A stretch of 64,000 nucleotides of DNA from Candidatus Adlerbacteria bacterium (GCA_963749085.1 CAVVLG010000002.1:229033-293032), one strand, 5' to 3'; positions 29,690-40,494 are shown, counted from the first letter of the stretch. A program made the numbers and translations. Notes: generated by a model not told the origin, from the letters alone.

Positions 29690-31036
29690 ATGATGAACAT
29701 GACGAGGCAGCAGATTGTACTCACGACTGCCGCGATACTGGGAAGCAGTATGGTGATGCTGGGCGAAAGCATCACCAACCTGGCCCTTCCCTCCATAGGG
29801 CACTACTTCGGCGTGCCGTTCTCATCGCTTCAGTGGGTGATAGACGGGTATAACCTTACACTCTCGGCCCTGATACTCTTCGGCGGCTCTTTGGGAGACA
29901 GCCTAGGGCTCAGACGCGTGTACCTGTGGAGCACCTGCGCGTTTATCGCCATATCGCTGGTATGCGCCTTCGCGTGGAGCGCATTGGCCTTGATATATCT
30001 GCGCGCACTTTTGGGCGTGGCAGGGGCGCTCCTGACCCCGGTGAGTTTAGCCCTCCTCAATGCCGAGCTTCCGATCAACCTGCGCAGCCGCGCCATAGGA
30101 CATTGGACCGCATGGACTACCATAGTACTGGCGCTCGGTCCCTTGCTCGGCGGGTATGCCATTCAACTCTTTTCCTGGAAAGCCATATTTCTCGTCAACG
30201 TTCCCTTGGGACTCGTCGCGTTTATCTTCGGCTATGCCTCGCTGAAGCGCCACGACATGCCGCGGACGGGGGCGCACATCGATTGGACGGGAGTCGTCAT
30301 CGGATTCGTCAGTCTCCTCGGTCTCACCTACGGCCTCATCGAAGGCCCGGATCTCGGCTGGAGTATCGCAACCGTCGGCTCCCTTATCGTAGGGGCGCTC
30401 TTCTTCGCGCTGTTCGTTGAGTGGGAGCGGCGTGCGACGCATCCCTTACTTGACCTCTCGCTGTTTCGCAGTAGAAACTTCTCCGCGACCAACGCGGCGA
30501 CGTTCCTCCTGTATGCGGGATTCGCGGGGTTCGGCTTGGTATTCGCGGTATTCCTTCAAACCTTGGGCGGCTATACCGCCACCGAAACCGGCGCGGCCTT
30601 TCTTCCCGCCTCCATTCTCCTGGCACTCTTCTCAAGCAGAATTGGCACCTACTCAAGCCTATGGGGATCGCGCATATTCATGTCCGTGGGACCGATGCTG
30701 TGCGCAGCGGGTATGTTTCTTCTGCTGCCGCTTCATCCGCATCCCTCCTATCTCATCAATATCCTGCCGGGGATTCTCCTGTTTGGCATAGGGCTCACGC
30801 TGACGGTGGCACCCCTTACCGCCACCGCCCTTAACTCGGCACCCGAGGAGAAATCGGGTATTGCCTCGGCCATAAACAACGGCGTCGCGACGATGGGACC
30901 ACTTATCGCCGTCGCGGTCTTAGGGTTGTTCGGCTCCGGAAATATCTACCCGTTTGCGGTTGTGTTATGCGCTCTTCTAGCCCTCCTCTCCGGTATCGTA
31001 TCGCTCCTGTTCATACGCAACGTGCCTAGAAGATAA
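29690..31036 (+). CDS. MFS transporter, DHA2 (EmrB/QacA) family
   Basis: ITNLALPSI, LQWVIDGY, GSLGDSLGLRR, GPLLGG, W..IFLVNVP, PLLDLSLF. Confidence 0.92.
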   Translation: MMNMTRQQIVLTTAAILGSSMVMLGESITNLALPSIGHYFGVPFSSLQWVIDGYNLTLSALILFGGSLGDSLGLRRVYLWSTCAFIAISLVCAFAWSALALIYLRALLGVAGALLTPVSLALLNAELPINLRSRAIGHWTAWTTIVLALGPLLGGYAIQLFSWKAIFLVNVPLGLVAFIFGYASLKRHDMPRTGAHIDWTGVVIGFVSLLGLTYGLIEGPDLGWSIATVGSLIVGALFFALFVEWERRATHPLLDLSLFRSRNFSATNAATFLLYAGFAGFGLVFAVFLQTLGGYTATETGAAFLPASILLALFSSRIGTYSSLWGSRIFMSVGPMLCAAGMFLLLPLHPHPSYLINILPGILLFGIGLTLTVAPLTATALNSAPEEKSGIASAINNGVATMGPLIAVAVLGLFGSGNIYPFAVVLCALLALLSGIVSLLFIRNVPRR

Positions 31037-31100
31037 GAGAGGGGCTTTGCAAGTGCGCCGTGAGTGGTATGGTGGCCACGGATGTAGAAGGGAGAGTAGC

Positions 31101-31799
31101 ATGCGTATCGCCCTTGCAATACTCCTGGCGTCACTGGGATGCCTCCCAGTGACGTGTGAGATAGGAAGAGATCCGCCGGGTTCGTGCTTCCTCGTTGAGG
31201 AGGACGTCGACGCGTATCTTTTTTCTCGCTACCAACTGACGCCCAAAATAGACGAGTACGGTGACTTCACCGACAAGGATGAGAGAGCCGCGAGGCACGC
31301 CGGCATGACGCTGAAAGCATTCGACATCGGCGGCATGGATAAACAGTTTAGACACACGCTCTACTTTGCCATGAAGCTCATGGTGTGGGTCGGGTTCAAC
31401 CCCGGCATCCTCACCGCCTTTCGCGACGACTTCAGGCAGAGCATTACGCAAGGCAGGAAGAAAGCCGCGGTCGGCTATTCCTTCCACGGTGGGAGCGCAC
31501 GGGGAGGCTATGGTCATGGCCTCGCAGCTGATCTGGTGAGCCTCAATGGGACAACGCGCCACGAGCAGCTCCAGTGGAACGAGAAGCTCTACCAGTGGAT
31601 AGACGCCAACCGCCTCATCCTCCGGGTGGGTCGCCCGTACAATGATGACGCGGGCCATGTGGCGCCGCTGACGAGTCCGGAGTTTGATCTCGCCCGAAGC
31701 CTCAGTGCCGAAGTGAGGCACCATCGCGCGCATATGGAGAAGTCCCAACGTCGGCAGCATCATTATGCCGCGCACAAACGCTCCACTACTCGCGCCTAG
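31101..31799 (+). CDS. secreted peptidase M15-like (Hedgehog/DD-peptidase fold) protein
   Basis: Signal peptide; TAFRDDFRQ, SFHGG...GHGLAADL, DAGHV zinc-ligand pattern. Confidence 0.65.
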   Translation: MRIALAILLASLGCLPVTCEIGRDPPGSCFLVEEDVDAYLFSRYQLTPKIDEYGDFTDKDERAARHAGMTLKAFDIGGMDKQFRHTLYFAMKLMVWVGFNPGILTAFRDDFRQSITQGRKKAAVGYSFHGGSARGGYGHGLAADLVSLNGTTRHEQLQWNEKLYQWIDANRLILRVGRPYNDDAGHVAPLTSPEFDLARSLSAEVRHHRAHMEKSQRRQHHYAAHKRSTTRA

Positions 31800-32033
31800 C
31801 GGGTAGTGGTTTTTCTTTATCCCCTCCTCTTCGCCTTTAAGAGCGCCGCATGTTTTCGATATCGAAACGTCGCCGGCGTGCAATAGGCCGGATTACCCCG
31901 GCTGCCTCCTACCTTGGCGTACTGTCTCATAGCAGCAGTATAGCAAAGCAGAGCTAGGAGTTGCTGCACCGGCGCATCCATGATACACAGATCAAAGCCG
32001 ACTTCTTGCCAGTCGCACGCAAAGGAGAGTCTC

Positions 32034-32297
32034 ATGAACATGAGACAGTGTTGTATGGTGTTGTACATTGTCGCCGCCGTATTCGAAGGACTCCTATGGG
32101 CGTGGCAGGACGACCTTATACGCTTCTGGGGCCTCGCGCCGCAGATGGGAGCGTATCTCCTGCTCGCGGGAGCAGGGATGCTCGTTGTGAGTGCACTGGG
32201 ATTTGTACTGCTGCCCTCCCGCGCAAAACGTATAGCCTCCCGTACAAAGGCTTCCATGACGACGCGCACGTTCAAAAACGAAAAAAACGCCCGCTGA
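32034..32297 (+). CDS. small membrane protein
   Basis: AAGGAG RBS, two TMs. Confidence 0.5.
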   Translation: MNMRQCCMVLYIVAAVFEGLLWAWQDDLIRFWGLAPQMGAYLLLAGAGMLVVSALGFVLLPSRAKRIASRTKASMTTRTFKNEKNAR

Positions 32298-32350
32298 CCC
32301 ACGCACCCTCAGCGGGCTTTTTATTCACCTCAAGTTGCTATACTTCCGCT

Positions 32351-33043
32351 ATGAAAATTATATTCCTCAACACCTGGGACGGAAAGCGGGAGAAGGACCT
32401 CCGGGAGTTCTTCAAGGTGCACGCTCTTGATACCGACGTGTTCTGCCTTCAGGAAGCGTACGAGCGAGTGCCGCGCATACTTGAGGACTATCTCAAAGAG
32501 TTTAACCCCACGTACGTCACTCGACGCGAGCGTGGCACTGAGACGTCCGAGCGGTATGCGCAGGCGACGTTCGTACGAAAGTCACTCACCATGCTCGGCT
32601 CTGAGGTACTCGTTGATGAGAACCGCGTTAGTGGTCTCGGCCTTGCAAACGACATCCGCTTTGAGGATCACGTGCTTCATATATGTAATTACCATGGCAT
32701 CGCACGCCCCATAGAGAAAATCGATAGTCCCGAGCGGCTGCGGGAGTCGCAGAGGATACTTGACTATTATAAGGAGAAGGTGGGGCCCACAGTGATCGGC
32801 GGGGATTTCAATCTATTGCCGGATACCAGAAGCATTGAGCTATTCCGTGAGCATGGGTATCGCAACCTTATTGCGGAGTATGCCATTGCCACCACGAGAA
32901 ACCGCTTCGCCTGGGATCGCCATCCCAATAAACTTTTCTTCTGCGATTACGTTTTTGTCTCACCGGAGGTTCGCGTGAAGGAGTTTGGTGTTCCGAACGT
33001 TGAGGTGTCCGACCATCTACCGCTTATCCTCGATATAGAGTAG
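32351..33043 (+). CDS. endonuclease/exonuclease/phosphatase family protein
   Basis: FLNTW, DVFCLQE, GGDFN, CDYVFVS, SDHLPL. Confidence 0.92.
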   Translation: MKIIFLNTWDGKREKDLREFFKVHALDTDVFCLQEAYERVPRILEDYLKEFNPTYVTRRERGTETSERYAQATFVRKSLTMLGSEVLVDENRVSGLGLANDIRFEDHVLHICNYHGIARPIEKIDSPERLRESQRILDYYKEKVGPTVIGGDFNLLPDTRSIELFREHGYRNLIAEYAIATTRNRFAWDRHPNKLFFCDYVFVSPEVRVKEFGVPNVEVSDHLPLILDIE

Positions 33044-33115
33044 GGTTTTTTCACTCACAAATCCGCGGCAAGCCGCGGGTTTCTTTTTGCATGCAAACGT
33101 GTGTAAAAAAAGCCG

Positions 33116-33463
33116 CTAGGGTGCGGCTTTCTCTGTGCTCTGAAGTTTCTCCCTCAGTTTCGCGAGGGTCGCCTGCCGCAGCGCTTCCTTCTGCCGGCGG
33201 TGTGTCGCAAGAGCTTCGGGAGCGAGCTGATGCTGGCAGTAGGAAAGAACGAAAGCGGGGCACGTACGCACATTGCTGAGAAAGCGGCGGTGGAGCCCCT
33301 GCGCCGCCGCCAGAAACACCGCTAGGCTCTTCATACCGTACTCGGTCTCCATCTCATTGAAGAGTTCGTGTATTTCTGTCGACTTTTCGTGCTGCTTGGG
33401 GGTAACCTCTCGTTTTCGCCGCAGCTTAAACTGCCTCGGAAGCTTGTCCTCTAGGGTATGCAT
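33116..33463 (-). CDS. hypothetical protein
   Basis: GGAG RBS; plausible helical protein. Confidence 0.45.
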   Translation of the reverse strand: MHTLEDKLPRQFKLRRKREVTPKQHEKSTEIHELFNEMETEYGMKSLAVFLAAAQGLHRRFLSNVRTCPAFVLSYCQHQLAPEALATHRRQKEALRQATLAKLREKLQSTEKAAP

Positions 33464-33588
33464 GGATTGCTCCTCTCCTTCTCTGCGTGTATGCCTAGCA
33501 GAAATCTCCTCATAATACAATCTGCCCGCAGCAGACATTGTTTCATTTGTATGCTATATCTACCCGCGGAGAAGTAAGGGAGGAACTC

Positions 33589-34050
33589 ATGGCGTACATA
33601 AAAGTGGCCGCACGCCGCTCGCTTCCGGCGGGGATTTTTCTTGCAGTGGTCATCGGTTTTATCTTTAGCTTTACTCGTATGATCGAACCGGCAGACCGTC
33701 GCATCAGAGTCGCTCTGTATGCGGCAGTGGGTATGGGCGTCGTCGTGTTCGCCATTGGTTTTGTCATTCGGTGGATAGGGTACGTTATCGGGTGGGCCGC
33801 GCTGCTTCTGTGGTACCGACAGGCATGGGCCGACGCGACTGTACCCGGTTCGGATAGGCTTCTGGCGATTCTCTATTTCCTTCTGAGCGCGGCGTTTGTG
33901 CTCTCAGTCCCTGCTGCACTGTATGTGGTGGGCGGATGGCACCTTTGGCAAAGCGCGCTCATTGCAGTGCCTATCTACCTGCTGCTCGGTCTCATATACT
34001 GGCACGATAAGCTAGGTGAGCAAGCGCAGGCAGGAGGTAGTGACCTCTGA
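33589..34050 (+). CDS. membrane protein
   Basis: GGAGG RBS, 4-5 TMs, downstream hairpin. Confidence 0.65.
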   Translation: MAYIKVAARRSLPAGIFLAVVIGFIFSFTRMIEPADRRIRVALYAAVGMGVVVFAIGFVIRWIGYVIGWAALLLWYRQAWADATVPGSDRLLAILYFLLSAAFVLSVPAALYVVGGWHLWQSALIAVPIYLLLGLIYWHDKLGEQAQAGGSDL

Positions 34051-34178
34051 GTAACAACGAACGTATAACGGTGCGGCCGAAAGGTCGCGCCGTTTTTTTA
34101 CCAGCCCACCTGTGGAGAGCCGGTGGACAACATCGGCATAGCCTGTGTGTTAAAGGGGTATTACAAGTGGATAGCGTG

Positions 34179-34718
34179 TTATAACCCGCTCCTATCCGAG
34201 CGCGCCCCCGCCCGCTCCTTCTCAAAGGAATCCAACTTAAGATTCTCCGCCTTCCACCCTACCCCGTTGGCCCACACCTGGATGAGGGAGCCCACACCGG
34301 CGAGGGCCAAAAAGAATATGACCGACCAGGCCCACGGATAGATATAGTAGAAAAACATCACCGCGAGCGCCGACCAGATGCCGATGCACCACGGACACTG
34401 GAGCAGTTCGTGGAGCGTGTGGCGGAAGCCGCTCCCGTAGGGTTTTATTTCCACATACACCACGCCCGCCTGCTCGAACTCGCGCGTATCGGCGAAGAGC
34501 TCGCGAAACCAGCGCGTAATTTTGTCGTACACGATGAGCCTTGTGATCCGAAACGTGGCGAGAGCCATTAGCAGTGCGTCAAACGGGGGCACCGAGATTA
34601 AAAAGCCGCCGCGCACCACAGCCATGATATAGAGCGCCGCGATAAGCACGCATAGAAAAAAAAGACTGAGTATAAAATTCCAAAAATTTTGATCCTCCTT
34701 CAGGCGTCGCAGGGGCAT
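34179..34718 (-). CDS. DUF1360 family membrane protein
   Basis: LATFRITRLIVYDKIT...R, ELLQCPWCIGIW. Confidence 0.85.
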   Translation of the reverse strand: MPLRRLKEDQNFWNFILSLFFLCVLIAALYIMAVVRGGFLISVPPFDALLMALATFRITRLIVYDKITRWFRELFADTREFEQAGVVYVEIKPYGSGFRHTLHELLQCPWCIGIWSALAVMFFYYIYPWAWSVIFFLALAGVGSLIQVWANGVGWKAENLKLDSFEKERAGARSDRSGL

Positions 34719-34996
34719 AGACACCAGTATGCAAGGTTCTGAGGAAAAACAAAAGACCGTGCCGCTATGTAAAAGCTTTTTTGTCAACTCGACCAAAAAG
34801 GCTCCCGCAGAAGGCTTTTTTGGGGTGGAAATAAAACCCCATGTTAAGCCAAAAATCAAGTTCTCCGAGCCTTATTCCTAGTCCTTTTTGAGCGATGCCG
34901 TTGCCATTTTCAAAAAAAGTTTTCGTACCACTTATGCACAGTCAAGAAAAGTACCGCACCGTGGCGCCGGGGAGTATAATGAAATTTCCGAGCGAT

Positions 34997-37966
34997 ATGG
35001 CGATCACCCAAAAAATAAAGAAGCGGAACGGGGAGATTGTCGATTTTTTTCCTGAGAAAATAACCATAGCTGTGCAAAAAGCGTTCGCGGCGGTGTTGGG
35101 CGACGCACACGAGCCTGATGCAGCTGACATCACACGCGTTGTCGCCGAAGCGATCGATGTGAAATTCGGCACCACGGCGTTCATGCCGTCGGTCGAAGAG
35201 ATCCAGGATTTGGTCGAAACCGCGCTCATGGAGCGGGGCTATTTTACCGTCGCGAAATCCTACATCATCTACCGCTACGAGCACGAGAAAATACGTGAGG
35301 AGAAAAAGCAAGAGGTCGCTGAAAAAATCGCTGAATCAAGCCTTTTTATCGTCAAACGCGACGGCTCCCGCGAGCGCTTCAGCGAAGTGAAACTCACCCG
35401 CACCTTTCTGCGTGCGGCGGAGGGGCTCGAGCGCTTTATAGACGTGCCCTCAATCATTGGGCGAGTGCGCCAGGAACTCTACGAAGGTATAAAATCAACC
35501 GATATACACGAAGTGCTTATCATGGTCGTGAGATCGATGATCGAGCGGGATCCCGCTCACTCCACCATCGCCGCGCGGCTGCTGCTTCAGTCGATGTACA
35601 CGCAGGTATTCGGCCAATTCGATTATGCGCGCGTGGAAGATGCGCACCGCGCCGCATTCATTGAGACCATTGAGCGCGGCGTCGATATCGGGCAGTTCGA
35701 TCCGGAACTTCTCACATTCGATGTACCGGCGCTTGCCGAGGTGCTTCAGATAGAGCGCGACCGTGAATTCAAGTATCTGGGACTACAGACCCTCCAGAGC
35801 AACTATCTCTCCAAGGAGCACGGCACGAAAAAGCTCCTCGAGACCCCGCAGATATTCTGGATGCGCGCCGCCATGGGCATGGCGCTCGCGGAGAAAACGT
35901 CGGAAGAAAGACAGCGCTACGCCGTAGAGTTCTACGAGGTCATGTCCTCCATGTACTACACGCCCTCCTCCCCGACGCTCTACCACTCCGGCCTCATGAA
36001 ACCTCAGCTTTCATCCTGTTTCCTCTCGACCGTGCCGGATGATCTTCATGCCATCTTTGCGGAATTTGGCGACGGGGCGCAGTTGCTCAAATATGCCGGG
36101 GGGCTCGGCACCGACTGGACGCCGGTGCGCGCCACAGGCTCTCTCATCAAAACGACCGGGGTTGAAAGCCAAGGCGTCATACCGTTTCTCAAAATCGCCA
36201 ACGACGTCACTATTTCCATTAACCGCTCGGGACGCCGCAGGGGTGCCCAGGCCGTGTATCTTGAATACTGGCATGCTGACATTGAAGATTTCATAGAACT
36301 CAGAAAGAACACGGGAGACGAGCGCAGGCGCGCCCACGACCTCAATACCGCCGTGTGGATCCCCGATCTCTTTATGAAACGCCTCGCCGAGGACGGCTAT
36401 TGGACCCTCTTCTCCCCTTCGGACGTCCCTGAGCTCCACGAGCTCTACGGCAAGAGGTTTGAGGAGATGTACCGTCACTACGAGAAGCTCGCGGACGCGG
36501 GACAAATACCCATGTTTAAGAAAATCCGCGCAGCGGAGCTCTGGAAAAAACACCTTACTATGCTCTTTGAGACCGGGCACCCCTGGGTCACGTGGAAAGA
36601 TCCCAGCAATATACGCTCGCCGCAAGACCACGTGGGTGTGGTGCATTCGAGCAATCTGTGCACGGAGATAACGCTCAATTCTTCAGCGACTGAAACCGCC
36701 GTGTGCAACTTGGGTTCTATAAACATGGCAAAGTTCGTCGAGAACGGCAAGTTCAATCGCGACACGGTAGCCCGCGTGGTACCGGTCGCCATGCGCATGC
36801 TCGACAATGTCATAGACATCAACTACTACCCAACTGAGAAAACCCGCAACTCCAACATGCGCCACCGCCCGGTGGGATTGGGACTCCGGGGCCTCCAAGA
36901 CGCGCTCTATAAAGCAGGACTTAATTTCCACTCGGAAGAAGCGGTGCGCTTTTCGGACGAGACTATGGAGACCATTGCCTACCACGCCATACTCTCCTCC
37001 GCACTCCTCGCTAAGGAGCGCGGATCCTACGAGACTTACAAAGGCAGCAAATGGAATCGCGGGATATTCCCACAGGACACGATAGCGCTTCTGGAGCAGG
37101 AGCGCGGGATGATCATAGACGTGCCGCGTCACGAGACACTCAATTGGCAGCTGGTGCGCGAATCGGTGAGGCAGTGGGGCATGCGCAATTCCAACTGCAT
37201 GGCCAACGCGCCGACCGCCTCGACCGCCAACATCGCCGGCTGCTATCCCACCATTGAACCCATTTACAAAAACCTCTATGTGAAGAGCAACATGGCGGGC
37301 GATTTTATGGTGGTCAACGAATTTTTGGTTGATGATCTCAAAAAATTGGGGCTCTGGAGCGAGGAGATGCTGGAGAAAATTAAATACCATGACGGCTCGG
37401 TGCAACAGATATACGAAATCCCGCCTGCCATTCGAGAAAAGTACAAGGAGGTCTTTGAGATAGATGCTCAGTGGCTCGTCAAAGCAGCGGCCTATCGCGG
37501 CCGCTGGATAGACCAGAGTCAGTCGCTCAACATATTCTACGGCGGCACCTCTGGCAAAGCGCTTTCGGAAATCTATCAATACGCCTGGAGCTTGGGGCTT
37601 AAAACCACCTACTATCTGCGCACCATGGGGGCGTCCCGCATCGAGAAATCGACCGTCAATATGGGCAAATTTGGCAGCACCTCCAAGCAAGACGAGGGGG
37701 TAGGCGCCATGGTCACACCCTCAAGCGTCCTTATCGAAGAGACCGTCATGGTCGCTTCAGTTTCCTCACCCTTAAGCGACGTTGTACTCTCCGCTATGGA
37801 GGTGGCCCCCCGCGAGACCCTTCCGGTAATGCCGATACAACTGCACGAGCAAACCGCGTACGAAGCACCGAGGACTGAAGTGTCAGACAGTATGTCTTCC
37901 TTTGAACTTCCCAAGAACCCTAAAATCGAGATAATCGGCGAAGCGTGCGAATCCTGCTCCGCTTAG
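34997..37966 (+). CDS. nrdA: ribonucleotide reductase class I alpha subunit with two ATP cones
   Basis: KKRNG and VKRDG ATP cones, PSSPTL, SSCFL, SNLCTEI, CNLGSIN, PTASTA, GLKTTYYLR, C-terminal CESC. Confidence 0.97.
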   Translation: MAITQKIKKRNGEIVDFFPEKITIAVQKAFAAVLGDAHEPDAADITRVVAEAIDVKFGTTAFMPSVEEIQDLVETALMERGYFTVAKSYIIYRYEHEKIREEKKQEVAEKIAESSLFIVKRDGSRERFSEVKLTRTFLRAAEGLERFIDVPSIIGRVRQELYEGIKSTDIHEVLIMVVRSMIERDPAHSTIAARLLLQSMYTQVFGQFDYARVEDAHRAAFIETIERGVDIGQFDPELLTFDVPALAEVLQIERDREFKYLGLQTLQSNYLSKEHGTKKLLETPQIFWMRAAMGMALAEKTSEERQRYAVEFYEVMSSMYYTPSSPTLYHSGLMKPQLSSCFLSTVPDDLHAIFAEFGDGAQLLKYAGGLGTDWTPVRATGSLIKTTGVESQGVIPFLKIANDVTISINRSGRRRGAQAVYLEYWHADIEDFIELRKNTGDERRRAHDLNTAVWIPDLFMKRLAEDGYWTLFSPSDVPELHELYGKRFEEMYRHYEKLADAGQIPMFKKIRAAELWKKHLTMLFETGHPWVTWKDPSNIRSPQDHVGVVHSSNLCTEITLNSSATETAVCNLGSINMAKFVENGKFNRDTVARVVPVAMRMLDNVIDINYYPTEKTRNSNMRHRPVGLGLRGLQDALYKAGLNFHSEEAVRFSDETMETIAYHAILSSALLAKERGSYETYKGSKWNRGIFPQDTIALLEQERGMIIDVPRHETLNWQLVRESVRQWGMRNSNCMANAPTASTANIAGCYPTIEPIYKNLYVKSNMAGDFMVVNEFLVDDLKKLGLWSEEMLEKIKYHDGSVQQIYEIPPAIREKYKEVFEIDAQWLVKAAAYRGRWIDQSQSLNIFYGGTSGKALSEIYQYAWSLGLKTTYYLRTMGASRIEKSTVNMGKFGSTSKQDEGVGAMVTPSSVLIEETVMVASVSSPLSDVVLSAMEVAPRETLPVMPIQLHEQTAYEAPRTEVSDSMSSFELPKNPKIEIIGEACESCSA

Positions 37967-37971
37967 ATTTA

Positions 37972-37997
37972 TAGGTTCGAGTCCTACCCGCGGAGCA
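37972..37997 (+). other. tRNA 3'-end fragment (T-arm + acceptor strand, tRNA-Asn-like); att-site scar
   Basis: TAGGTTCGAGTCCTACCCGCGGAGCA with no upstream D or anticodon arms. Confidence 0.7.
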
Positions 37998-38122
37998 GAT
38001 GATTTTTGTGGAACTGACCCATCCCCGTCCTGAAAATCCCAAGTACCACAATGGGATTTTAGGAGCGTATTTCGCTATGAGTTCGAGAGAAAGTCTAGGC
38101 TACGATTTTAAGCCACAAAATC

Positions 38123-38145
38123 GGTTCGAGTCCCGCCCCTGTCTA
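38123..38145 (+). other. second tRNA T-arm-like fragment
   Basis: GGTTCGAGTCCCGCCCCTGTCTA. Confidence 0.45.
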
Positions 38146-39047
38146 TGAAGACGTCGCCTAAAGGACTTTCTCTGTTACTCCTCGCAGCGCTGATGTTCGG
38201 CAGCTATGGAGTGTGGTCCCGACTCATTGGCTCTTCGTTCGGCGTATTTTATCAGGGCTGGACGCGAGCCTTGTTGATCGCGTTCGTACTCTTCCCAATT
38301 CTCTATTACTCAAAACAGCTGGTAAAGATCGAGAAAAAGGACTGGGGATGGCTCGCGGTCTTCTTGGTATTTACCTCGTTGACGCAGGCACCGCTATTCT
38401 ACGCGTTCAACCATATGGATATCGGCACGGCAACACTCCTCTTCTTTGTCAGCATGTTGCTCACGATGTATGCCGTTGGGTTCATCTTCCTCAAAGAGAA
38501 GTTTTCTTGGCTAAAGGGAGCTTCGTTTGTTATTGCCGCTATAGGACTTTATACGACTTTCTCGCTCTCTATAACAGTCTTCGCTCTCCTTGCAGCTCTA
38601 ATGGCAATACTGAACGGAATTGCGAGCGGCGGCGAAGTTTCATTTTCCAAAAAACTCTCCGGTTCATACTCGGCGCTGTACCTTAGCTGGATGAGTTGGG
38701 TGGCTATTGCCATCACTAACGGAATCACTTCCGTCGCAGTAGGAGAAATCCAACATGTTCCCACTTTCGATATCACGTGGCTCTATTTGCTTGGATACGC
38801 CGCCGCGAGTGTTTTGGGTTTTTGGAGTGTTATAGAAGGACTCAAATATGTTGAAGCGAGCATTGGCGGGTTGCTTGGTCTTCTTGAGATCGTATTTAGT
38901 ATTTCATTTGGAATTCTCATCTTTCACGAGGGGCTAACTACTCGAACAATTATTGGAGCTGTATTGATTCTCGTTGCAGCCGCCCTCCCTTATCTACTCG
39001 ATCTTCTAAAATATAAGAAAGTTGCGGTAAATGCTGTAATTGAATGA
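38145..39047 (+). CDS. DMT/EamA family transporter
   Basis: ~10 TMs in two EamA repeats; GLKYVEAS..GLL.LLE. Confidence 0.9.
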   Translation: MKTSPKGLSLLLLAALMFGSYGVWSRLIGSSFGVFYQGWTRALLIAFVLFPILYYSKQLVKIEKKDWGWLAVFLVFTSLTQAPLFYAFNHMDIGTATLLFFVSMLLTMYAVGFIFLKEKFSWLKGASFVIAAIGLYTTFSLSITVFALLAALMAILNGIASGGEVSFSKKLSGSYSALYLSWMSWVAIAITNGITSVAVGEIQHVPTFDITWLYLLGYAAASVLGFWSVIEGLKYVEASIGGLLGLLEIVFSISFGILIFHEGLTTRTIIGAVLILVAAALPYLLDLLKYKKVAVNAVIE

Positions 39048-39841
39048 CCATGGAAAAACTTTTCATCAAAAATCGGGAGGAACAAAAGGTTTCTGTCCTT
39101 GTAGAAAAATCTGAACCCCAACAAGGCCTCGCCTTCGTAATGCACGGGCTCGGTGGATTCAAAGAGCAGGACCATATCCACACTATTGCCGAAGCTTTTA
39201 AGAGTAAGGGTTTTACTGTTGTGCGTTTCGATACGACGAACACCTTTGGCGAGAGCGACGGAAAGTACGAGGATGCAACTATCACCAATTACTACGATGA
39301 TTTGGAGGATGTAATTGGGTGGGCGCAGAGTCAGGATTGGTATCAGGAACCTTTCGCTCTTTCAGGTCATAGTCTCGGCGGAATCTGTACAGCTTTGTAT
39401 GCTGAAAAATATCCGAATAAGGTTTTGGCCCTTGCCCCCATATCGCCCGTTGTCTCTGGCAGGCTGAGCGTCGAAGCGCATAAACGGGACGATCCTGAAG
39501 AATTTGAGAAATGGGAGAAGACTGGCTGGCAGGAATCAGAAAGTAAATCGAAGCCAGGAATTATCAAACGTCTCCCTTGGTCACATATCGTTGATAGGCT
39601 GAGATATGACTTACTGCCTCAAGTCTCAAAACTTACCATGCCTGTTCTGCTCATCGTCGGGGAAAATGATACCTCTACACCACCTGACCAAGTAAAACTG
39701 CTCTACGAGGCTCTACCCGGCTCAAAGGAATTCCATATACTTAAAGATGCCCCTCACACGTTTAGGGCACCAAAACATCTTGAAGACATAAGAGATATCT
39801 TTTTGAGGTGGATAGATACCTTTATGAAGAAACAAGTATGA
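39044..39841 (+). CDS. alpha/beta hydrolase
   Basis: HGLGG, GHSLGG nucleophile, GEND, APHTF. Confidence 0.92.
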   Translation: MTMEKLFIKNREEQKVSVLVEKSEPQQGLAFVMHGLGGFKEQDHIHTIAEAFKSKGFTVVRFDTTNTFGESDGKYEDATITNYYDDLEDVIGWAQSQDWYQEPFALSGHSLGGICTALYAEKYPNKVLALAPISPVVSGRLSVEAHKRDDPEEFEKWEKTGWQESESKSKPGIIKRLPWSHIVDRLRYDLLPQVSKLTMPVLLIVGENDTSTPPDQVKLLYEALPGSKEFHILKDAPHTFRAPKHLEDIRDIFLRWIDTFMKKQV

Positions 39842-40290
39842 CAAAGGAAGATATTGAAAAGACAGTTGAATATATTGCGGCGCTCGACTACGCTATCAGG
39901 AGGGGCATCCCCCATGGCGGCTACTGCCCGAAAGGGCGGAGGTCGGAGAGCGGCAGAATTTCGGACAAGTACAACTTGACCGAGACCTCGTCGAGCAACT
40001 ACCCACAACGCACGGCAATGAACGTGCAGCACTCGGGTGGAACTCTGATTATCACGCGGGGTACACCGAGCGGCGGCACTAAGCTGACAATCAACAACTG
40101 CCGAGAGCGAAATAAGCCGTGGTTCATTGTAGATCTCCAGCACAAACTCAAAGTGCAGGAGTTCGCCGACTGGATACGGCAGTACAACATTCGCATCCTG
40201 AACATTGCCGGACCCCGCGAGAGTTCTATATCCGGCATCGGCAAGCACACGTTACAAGCACTCGAAGAGCTGTTTGTGGCACTCACATAG
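39838..40290 (+). pseudogene. SLOG superfamily (MoCo-carrier-like) protein lacking its N-terminal motif
   Basis: AALD.A...GIPHGGYCPKGR, Y.QRT.MNV, GGT.LT, LNIAGPRES; SGGQTG.D start absent. Confidence 0.7.
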
Positions 40291-40428
40291 AAAGGGTTCG
40301 TTGATGGTGCTCTACATTATGGGCCACAGACGCAATCTGTGGCTCTATATTTTTATAAACATTCCGACCATCCTCTAAGCCCTTTAGAATGCTTATTTTG
40401 TTGGATATTTTGACCCCCTTTAAAATGC

Positions 40429-40456
40429 TTGACATTTTGCTCATATATGCTACACT
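40429..40456 (+). promoter_or_regulatory. sigma70 promoter
   Basis: TTGACA-N16-TACACT with extended TG. Confidence 0.65.
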
Positions 40457-40494
40457 AACTAACAGTTGTCTTAACCCATAGCGAGGAGGTGGCC

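Noticed and set aside
37960-38145. Intact tRNA genes
   Set aside because: Only T-arm and acceptor 3' strands are present; no matching 5' strand, D arm or anticodon arm
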